From: Azolla caroliniana
Taxonomy: Eukaryota; Plantae; Polypodiophyta
Direction: 5' to 3'
NCBI GenBank assembly: GCA_043228905.1
Contig: JBHGNT010000662.1
Coordinates: 1-18,146 of the forward strand
Length of the DNA stretch: 18,146 nucleotides
Position numbers and translations under genes: made by a program. The notes beneath the pieces are model-generated. The model was given only the letters and a program-made list of their open reading frames with translations, was not told the origin of the DNA and did not search any database. Positions 10,754 to 18,146 of the stretch are shown here, one piece after another (positions within the stretch are counted from its first letter, which is position 1; the number at the start of each line of letters is the position of its first letter).

Positions 10754-12864
10754 ATGAAAGGGTCGGATCTTGCGGAGGCCATGGCTTCGGCCGTGGATCA
10801 GATATTGAGCGCACGCGAGGGCTCTGGCGCCCTCGACAGAGCCATTGAGGCGGTCGTCGGTACGATCAGCTGGTTCAGCGGAAAGGATGCCACGAAGTAT
10901 TTGGCGTCCTACGGGGCAGAAATGCTGATGCGGGACATTCCAGATAGAGAGGCGTCTTGCCGGGTTCCCTCGAGTGGCGATGCCGAGCATCCATGCGGAG
11001 GTGCTCGAGGTGCGGGCGGAGAGCCGTACCTGGGAGGAGTTCAAAGGTCGACTCCTAGAAAAATACGGGCTGGACGACGCGCTCCGGCTTTCGAAACGGG
11101 ACTTCATGGAGTGGGTGGAGTCCCCCGGCAAGGGAAGAAACGCGTCGGCACTCCTCCGGGAGTTCGAAGAACGCTTTGCGCGCCTTTCAGCGCTTGACCG
11201 AACCGTTCTGGATACGAGCCGGGTCCTACTGTTCGTCAAGTCGGTGGACGAGCGGGACCGGGATCAAGTCGGCTCCTTGTTGGAAACCGAAGACGGGCTG
11301 ACGACCGACTGGGCTGCGGTTAAGAGAGTCTGTGGCCGTTTCGACAAACGGCGAGAATGGACTGACAACGGGGCGGCCGGTGCGGGCTCTGTCACAGCAA
11401 GGAGGCTTGAACCGGCACCGCAAGGGCGAAGGGAAGAAACCCGGGAATGGCTCGAAACCGGTCCGGCCTCGACCGGCATGGTCAGTGGCTCGTCCGGAGG
11501 AGCAGCACTGGAGGAGTTGACGCGGGCGATAAAGGATCTCCAGATCGCCTAGACTCGAAGGGAAGGCGGCGAACCGGCTCGTGACCGACGGCCGGTAGCA
11601 GGGAACAGGTGCATGTGGTGCAACGAGGTCGGCCACATCCGGAAGGACTACGGTGATTTCGTAGAAGCGTTGAGGAACCGGGTGGTGTACCTGTGGGAAG
11701 GTCGGGTGCACGCCGGCAACACCAGAAGGGCCCTAAACCGAAACGACGGGCGAGGAGGAATGAAGAGACTGATGGAAGAGGCAGTGGCCCGACACGTGGA
11801 GGCCATCCACTACTCGGCGTCGGCCGGCATTCGGGTCGGGGGCAGCGAGGCCCGAAAGGAGGGCAAAGACGGATTCTGGTCGGCAATGCTAGAAGGTCTC
11901 GCTGGCGCATGGCTAAGGAAAGATGAAACGAACCGCGCTGAGAGACGGGTCCGGGAAATAACCGGGTGGAGCGACCCGGTCGAGGAGAAGACGGGCTTTG
12001 TAGAAGCCGCCTGCCGGAACTACGAGGCTCTGGTAGAAGACAAACGAGTGGGGAAAGCCGGAGCGGCCGGGCCCTCACAACGGTACGAGACCCGATTCGG
12101 GCAACGACAGAACGATGCCGGTGGGTCCAGCTCGCAAGATAACCCCAGGAAGGGCGGATACCGACTGGGGACGGAAATAGAAAGGACTACGGACCTACGA
12201 AAGGTCCTAGAAGAGCGGATCCTCGACAGCAAAGTGGAGCTGTCATTGCGGGAGGTGCTAGGGATCACTAAGAAGGAGTTCCACGACTCCATTGTGGACT
12301 TGGTGAAGCGGAAGAGGCTGTCGACGGAGACAGAACTAGAAAGACTGGTGGAGGTGCGGACGACGCACATCGACGACTTGGCGCTGGAAGATGAGTAGGC
12401 GGAGAGCCACTATTCGAGGCCACACTGGGCCCGAGCGACCACAGAGACCCCGGTAAAGATCGGAGATGTTCAGGAACCGGTGGTGGCATTGGTGGACCAC
12501 GGTTCGGAAATAAACCTGATGTCCATGGACTTCTATAAGAAGGGAAAGTGGCCGATCAACACCAAGCACGGGTGGAAGATACGGGCGGCGACGCGCGCCA
12601 CCGAGGAACTGCACGGGGCCTGCCCGAACGTGTGAGTAAAGATCGGCGACGTCGAGATTGACCAGCACTTCTTCGCACCCGGTCATATTAGGGGAACCAT
12701 ACATCACGACGGCGCGAATGGAGACCAAAGTGCTGCACAATGATTCGGCCTACGCGAGGGTCAAAAGTCAGGACGGGCGCCATTTGGTCCAATTTCTGAC
12801 GGTGCGGCCAAACCACGAGCGAAACCGCGAATCCCTCGGTAGCGAGAACCGGGAGGATTTTTAG
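10754..12864 (+). pseudogene. gag: gag-protease ORF of the gypsy element (disrupted)
   Basis: Capsid-like TWEEFKGRLLEKY, zinc knuckle CMWCNEVGHIRKDY (last Cys mutated) and protease ALVDHGSEINLM (Asp codon at 12495) with VILGEPY. Frameshifts occur near 10950 and 12675, and stops at 11550, 12396 and 12633. The probable natural end is GAT TTT TAG at 12864. Confidence 0.85.
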
Positions 12865-12921
12865 AGAGGGCTGCCAAGGCGTGGGGCCGAGACAGCCCGG
12901 ACACTCGGGAAAGACCCCACG
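12855..12921 (+). promoter_or_regulatory. Putative -1 programmed ribosomal frameshift site (G GAT TTT) with downstream pseudoknot
   Basis: The heptamer sits directly before the gag-PR stop, and the -1 frame is open from there into pol. Stem 1 pairs GGGCTG 12868-12873 with CAGCCC 12893-12898. Stem 2 pairs CGTGGGG 12880-12886 with CCCCACG 12915-12921. Confidence 0.7.
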
Positions 12922-15900
12922 ACTGTACGATAGGTAGGAAATTTTGCTTCTCCGACAACGGAGGGTGTATGCTAGTCGGCATTGTTGGCCGAGAAAAGGC
13001 AAGGGCGGAGGAGCGACTTCGAGCGTGCGGAGTTCTCGGCCCGGACGAGGAAATCAGCGGGGCCGTGGAGGCGGTCTCCTTCGACGACACCTTGGGGATG
13101 TTGAGGAAGGTAGTCGGAGAAGACCTTAATGAAGAGCGGACGATACCGGTATGTTCCGAAGAGATGTACGAAGTCATCGCGAACTTCAGCCAGGGACTCC
13201 GGTCGGATCGGACGACCCGAGTTAGCACGAAGTACAAGACTGTGGACCGGAAGGTAAGGCCAGTCACGGCACCCTTACCGGAGGGCAGCGAGTCCTGAAT
13301 CAGAGGGGTTGCGTCGGACCCCAGTTTACGAGATCCGGCCTGCATAGGACACACCTTCACCGACGGGACGCTCCGGGAGCTCAAGATCGGTGGGGGCGGG
13401 TTCCTACTGCTGGCGGAGGAAGACCGGTTTCAGAGAATGCTCGGAAGGCACGGGAAAGCCTTCGCATTCTCACCGGAAGAGATCGGGTGCGTAGACCCGA
13501 CAATCGTGGAGCCGATGGTGATATTCACGGTACCGCATGTGCTGTGGAATCTCAAGCCGATTCCAGTACCGAGAGCTCACATCCCGAAGTTGATGGAGCT
13601 ATTGAGGCAGAAAGTCGATATGGGCATTCTCGAACCGTCGAGTGCCCCATACTCGAACCGATGGTTTACCGTACCAAAGAAAAACGGAACATTGCGCTTC
13701 ATTCAAGACCTGCAACCGGTCAACAGAGTGACCATTCGGAACGCAGGAATCGGACCGACCATAGACGAGTTCGCGGAGGCCTTCGCCGGAAGGTCGATTT
13801 ACTCGGTCGGTGATCTGTACTCGGGGTACGACCAGTTCTAGCTAGCCGTGGAGAGCAGAGACATTACGACGATGCGAACTCCCCTCGGCCTAGTGCGAAT
13901 GTGTACCCTGCCGCAAGGAGGGACCAACTCGGTGGCCCACATGGTGAATGCAATGAACAAGGTATTGAGGGATTGCATCCCGGACATCACCATGCCATTT
14001 CTGGACGACATCCCGATAAAGGGGTGCCCGGTGGAAGAGAAGGACGAGACAGTCGGGCCGGACGGATGCCGGCGATTCGTGGCAACACACATCGACGACT
14101 GCGAGAAGGTGCTACAAAGGCTAGAGGATGCGAGGCTCACCTTCTCCGGGGAGAAATCGGCCTTCGGGCAATCAGAAATCCTGGTGGTCGGACACCTGTG
14201 TGGACCGTATGGCCGGAAGCCGTCTCTAGCAAAAGTAGAAGCCATCTCCGCGATGAAGACCGACTGTAGCTCGGTTACGGAATTTCGGAGGTTCCTGGGG
14301 GCATGCGCGTTCTACCACATATGGATCCCGCATTACGCCCACGTTGCGGAGCCGCTATACGGGTTGCTGAAGAAAGGGCGAAAATTCGAGTGGCGAGACA
14401 AGCACACGGAGTCGGTCCGGAAGCTGAAGGAAGCTCTTGCGGCAGCATCGGCGCTCCGGAAGGCTGTCTACGAGAAGGGTACCCCAGTATACATAACAGT
14501 GGATACGAGTCCGACCGGGATCGGATGGGTCGTCAAACAAGAAGACGGGGACGACATTCGGTTCCCGATCCGATTCGGCGAGAAGGTCCTCAGTGAGCGA
14601 CAGCGAGGGTACGCCCAGGTTAAACGCGAACTCTGGGGTATCGTTTCGGTAGTAAAGGCCGACAAAGACTACCTGATCGGGACGGAAGTGATTATCGAGA
14701 CGAATTGCCTGCCAATTCTCGGCATGGTTTCCGGATGCGCGACACCAGACCTGGCGATGCTCAGGTGGATAGCATACATCAAGTCCCTGGATCCGGAAAT
14801 ACGACACATTTCCGGAAAGGACAACACCATGGCCGACATGCTTTCGAGGGCGAGGTTTGATGACGAGGGCGGCATGGTTTCGGAGGACGAAGAAGTCGGC
14901 GTGGACTTCTTCGAGGCGGTGTACGTGACGACCGATCGGACGAGCACTCCGGCACTTAACGACTTCGACGAGAGCAAGTACGACGGCGAGTGGCTCCAGA
15001 TCGGTGGATTTTTGAGGACAATGACGCCGGATGCGTCATGGACGAAGGACGAGGCCAACCGGATCCGGAAGAAAGCTTACCGATTCTTTCTCCGGGACGG
15101 ATACTTATGGAAGCACCCGAAGAAGAGGAACGACGTCTCGCTCCGGGTGGTGGCGATGAAGGAAGATCAGGAGGAGCTGCTGACGGCTTACCACGACAGC
15201 TCTTGGGCTGGACACCGTGGAACGTGGGCCACGTTCGAGAAGATAAAGGGGAAGTACTGGTGGCCGGGACCGTACCGGGACGTGCATTGGTTCGTGACAA
15301 CTTGCGAGAGCTGTCAGATGCACTCCGTAGTCCGACATCAGGACGAGCTTCACCCTACGTACCCTCCGACCATCCACTTCAAATGGATGGTAGATCTGGT
15401 GACGATGCCGATGGGCGTAGGACAGATGCAGTATCTGGTCCTGGCTCGGGAAGATCTGACGAACCAGGTAGAAGGTCGAGCCCTTCAGAACAAGACGACC
15501 GCGGCCGTATGTCGGTTCCTGATCGAGGACGTGATATGCCGGTACGGGTGCATCGGGAAGATCATGGCTGATCGCGGGGAGTTGGACGTCGAAGAGGCCG
15601 AGGAGTTGTTCGACCGGCTAGGAGTCAAGCTCTCGCTTACCACTGCGTACAATCCGGAGGCGAATGGGAAGGTGGAGCGTGGACACAGACCGATCGTCAA
15701 GGCGTTAGTTCGGGCATGCAGAGGTCAAGTCGGGAACTGGCCGCGGCTGCTGCCTTACGCATTGTGGGCGGACCGAACTACGCACAGTTCGGTAACCGAT
15801 CATGCCGATGGAACGTACGATCTCCTCATGGGCAACCGTGGACTGGAGAGACAAGATGAGTCGGGAGGAACTGTTGGCGGCGCGCATACGGCAGCTCGAG

Positions 15901-16290
15901 CGAAGACCGGAGGACGTGGAGCAGGCTGCGGAAAAGCTTCGGGTGGCAAGGACGAGGAACAAAGCTCGGTTCGATCGGACGCACCGGCTCCGACCGAAGA
16001 AGATCGAGGAAGGCGACTGGGTGCTAGTCTACGACAGCAGCCTCGACAACCAGCACCGAGCGACACGGAAGTTCGCAAGAAGGTGGTTCGGGCCTTACGT
16101 GGTACAAAGCGCCAACGAGAACGGGACATACCATCTGGCGGAACTCGACGGCACGAGAATGGCGATACCGGTAGCTGGGAAGCGGATTAAAGTGTTCAAG
16201 AAGCATCACGACGACGAGCCGGATCCGGATAACCTGGACCGGGACGACGAACGATCCGAAACCGAAGAAGAACCGACGGGCGGGGAATAA
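12858..16290 (+). pseudogene. pol: pol (RT-RNase H-integrase) of the gypsy element (disrupted)
   Basis: RT motifs KKNGTLRFIQDLQPVN, DLYSGYDQF, LPQGGTNS and FLDD; RNase H VDTSPTGIG; integrase H-X6-H...CESC, MVDL, ADRG, NPEANGKVER and C-terminal WFGPY. Stops lie at 13296 (TGA) and 13839 (TAG), with a frameshifting deletion near 15795. Confidence 0.95.
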
Positions 16291-16350
16291 AGGCTGGACT
16301 GGTTTTCTCCGTCCCAACTCAATTTGGCGCATGCCGGTGGATGCGCGGTT

Positions 16351-16363
16351 AGGTGGGGGCGGA
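16351..16363 (+). promoter_or_regulatory. Polypurine tract
   Basis: AGGTGGGGGCGGA lies immediately 5' of the 3' LTR. Confidence 0.8.
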
Positions 16364-17000
16364 TGTCGTGAAGAAAACCGTCCACGAGCGGAATCGGTGC
16401 GCCGGAGCATAGGAACCGGCTCTTCATGCACGTACGCCTTACGTTGTACATAAGAGAGAATTAGGGACATAGAAGATCCTAGGTAGGTAGATTCGGTAGG
16501 TAGGAAGTTAATAGGAAACGACTCCTTCCTTGCCTATAAAAGGAGGGAGACGAGAAGGGGGAAAGGGATCACGAAATCAGAGAGGACGAAGTGCTATCGG
16601 GCTGTCGGTCGAAGGCTTCTCTCTCTTCCATACTCTCCATAGCTTCTTTCTGTGCAGGTTTCGTGAGGCTCGCGCTGCTCTGAGGAATGCCCGAGTGCTT
16701 CCGGCAACACCTCCAACCTACTCTTTCCTTTCTGCGCGTTTGCGAACAGGCATCGGCATCTGTTCGCCGGCCTGTTCGGTTGTAACCGACTTCGTGTCTT
16801 GTTGTTTGTCTTTGTTAATACATACATACATTCGTGTCTCTCTGTGTCGCTGTCCCACTCGCGTCTTTGTGTCGAAGGGTCGTGTCCCTGTGAATCTACG
16901 CTCGCACGTAGTGGGTCTCTTCTCCTTTCTCTCTTGCTCTTCGGTACAGGACCCCCGAGGTCCCGCCTCATTCCACGCATCCGCGAGGAATACCTCGACA
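16364..17000 (+). repeat. 3' LTR (637 bp)
   Basis: Near-identical direct repeat of 10090-10710, preceded by the PPT and followed by the TSD CCGT. Confidence 0.97.
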
Positions 17001-17115
17001 CCGTATCGAGTTCGTGTTTAAAGTGTAGGTTTTAAACAGGGACTCGATATGCCGTATCGAGTTCCTGTATAAAGTTTGTATTGTATACAGGAACTCGATA
17101 CGACGTATCGAGTTC
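17001..17115. repeat. Palindromic repeat array, right part (rest of unit 8, units 9-10)
   Basis: (CCGT)ATCGAGTTC ends at 17013. Further units lie at 17040-17064 and 17091-17115. The 26-bp spacers continue the 51-bp phase once the LTR element and one TSD copy are removed. Confidence 0.95.
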
Positions 17116-17165
17116 TTGAGCGACAAAACATATTTACAAAATTGTCCACAGTGTCAGAGGCCTAC

Positions 17166-17200
17166 CTGGAGTCCTCGCGCTCGATTCTCTTTGAAGACAT
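17166..17200 (-). CDS. Exon 1 coding part (MSSKRIEREDS-R) of the ParB-MTase gene
   Basis: caaccATG...TCC AG|GTAGGC is a phase-2 donor that matches the phase-2 acceptor at 9205 (AG+G = Arg). A TATA box lies about 110 bp upstream of the ATG. Confidence 0.7.
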
Positions 17201-17305
17201 GGTTGATCGTGTGGTAGTGGAGGCAGAGATCGCGCTTTTGTGCTTTGTGCTCTGTGTGCTCTGTACGCTTTGTACGCTCTTGTGAGTGAAATATGACGAG
17301 GTCTT

Positions 17306-17318
17306 CCTATTTATAGGG
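17306..17318 (-). promoter_or_regulatory. TATA box (CCCTATAAATAGG) of the ParB-MTase gene
   Basis: Plant-type CTATAAATA, followed about 20-30 nt downstream by pyrimidine/CA initiator-like sequence (TCACTCACA) and a short leader with ACA(G/A)AGC repeats before the ATG at 17200. Confidence 0.65.
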
Positions 17319-18016
17319 ATTGACCACATTGGTTAAAGTAACCATAGTCACCTTAACCAAGGTTGGTAAGTTTGAGGATAGTTAGTTGGTAACCACAGTC
17401 ACATTAACTATAGTAACTTATGATTGCATTAATGATTACAAAGTCAAACTAACATATTGATCAATCTTTTATAGTCATAACAACTTGCAATGACTTCAAA
17501 GGTCATGAAGGAGACAATGATAGAGGTTCATGAATGTACCAATGATTGATTACTAAAAGCAACAATTTTTATGACTCTCAAATGCTATGTATTAAAGATG
17601 TGGGCATGAATTAACTAATGATTGATAAGTCTAATATTAAAAATGGTAAGCATTAAAGAACCAATGAGTGAGAGGTTCTATATCAAAATGGGTGCCATTA
17701 ATTAGCCAATGATTTTAACATTAATCCAACATATTTATGGCTTGTTAATGATTAGATTTATATTATACTTGATTTAACTTCATATAGATGTGGTTTAAAT
17801 AATAATTGATATTTTAAATACAATTACTTTATTAAAAATAAATTTTTTATGTATTGTATTAATATAATATTACATAATATAGACATTCTATTGATTTGGC
17901 TTTTGTTTAGAGAGAAGTTTATGTTTAGAGAGGAGTATATGTTTAGAGATGAGCTTATTAGTTTTTTTCCTTACCCTAAGCACATAACTTACAGAGCCCT
18001 ATCTAGACCTTAAGCC

Positions 18017-18146
18017 ATGAGTGAAGATTCACCGTTCTCGATTGAAGAATATTGTTTGTCATCAGACTCATCGTTTTCTACTGAAGAGTATTGTTTGTCG
18101 ACAGAGTCACCATATTCGATTGAAGAATATTGTTTGTCGACAGACT
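18017..18146 (+). CDS. 5' end of a possible ORF made of 39-bp/13-aa tandem repeats (DSPFSIEEYCLSS-like), running off the window
   Basis: aagccATG is followed by MSEDSPFSIEEYCLSSDSSFSTEEYCLSTESPYSIEEYCLSTD with no stops. The 39-bp repeat itself is certain; the coding status is inferred. Confidence 0.5.
   Translation, partial: MSEDSPFSIEEYCLSSDSSFSTEEYCLSTESPYSIEEYCLSTD

Larger units (their letters stand above)
10090..17000 (+). mobile_element. Full-length Ty3/gypsy LTR retrotransposon, non-chromovirus (possibly a Phygy/Selgy-like lineage), with decayed ORFs
   Basis: Paired LTRs with TGTCG...CGACA termini, 4-bp TSD CCGT (10086-10089 and 17001-17004), PBS, PPT and gag-PR-RT-RH-IN domain order. 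No chromodomain follows the GPY motif. The clade name is inference. Confidence 0.97.
5980..17200 (-). pseudogene. Spliced ParB-like domain + beta-class N6-adenine/N4-cytosine DNA methyltransferase fusion gene (974 aa reconstructed), disabled
   Basis: Exons (minus strand): 17200-17166, 9205-7568, 7491-7353, 7269-6803, 6714-6422, 6332-5980. They sum to 2925 nt (975 codons including the stop) with consistent phases 2,2,0,2,1. Donors are GTAGGC, GTAAGT, GTTAGT, GTAAGG and GTATTC. Acceptors are AG except the last, which reads CAA. In-frame stops lie at 8580-8578 (TAG), 7590-7588 (TAA) and 6864-6862 (TAA). Motifs: ParB-like FVIGGSHSAEARRQL and EAKLLAWDHNNDNDYRQKMSSIERIR; MTase VVCGDVVDLI...LMIADIPY, W-I-K, QKPQRLMMCLIKMFSIEGDWILDLFSGTGTTSACALKLFRNTVALE. 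Confidence 0.85.

Noticed and set aside
10240-17035. Numerous antisense and alternate-frame ORFs within the gypsy element and its LTRs
   Set aside because: These are shadow ORFs expected in GC-rich coding DNA and show no recognisable motifs. The LTR ORFs are simply duplicated with the LTR.
9717-17115. True CRISPR array
   Set aside because: The spacers are repeated and inverted copies of three sequences rather than unique. There are no cas genes, and the array sits in a spliceosomal intron in eukaryotic DNA.
17076-17285. 69-aa plus-strand ORF
   Set aside because: It overlaps the palindrome array and lies antisense to exon 1 and the leader of the ParB-MTase gene; its C-terminus is low complexity.

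Overview
Eukaryotic, AT-rich, TE-dense plant DNA, probably from a moss or another early-diverging land plant (inferred from the retroelement types). From left to right it contains: a purine-rich stretch that may be a host 5' leader; a truncated Ty1/copia 5' LTR, PBS and gag (about 2589-3449); and a deleted Ty3/gypsy fragment (LTR, PR, RT; 3450-4958) that interrupts the copia. Next is the main feature, a six-exon minus-strand gene (ATG 17200 to stop 5980, 974 codons when spliced) encoding a prokaryote/phage-type ParB-like domain fused to a beta-class N6-adenine/N4-cytosine DNA methyltransferase. It is now disabled by three nonsense codons and one lost splice acceptor, all explicable as C>T changes. 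Its first intron holds a CRISPR-looking array of ten 25-bp palindromes (GAACTCGATACGnCGTATCGAGTTC) at an exact 51-bp period, with 26-bp spacers that recur in both orientations. A full-length, GC-rich 6.9-kb non-chromoviral Ty3/gypsy element (10090-17000) inserted into the eighth palindrome; it has a 4-bp TSD, a tRNA-Trp PBS and a candidate -1 frameshift/pseudoknot after the protease. A divergent ORF built from 13-aa repeats starts at 18017. All calls were made by eye, without database searches.
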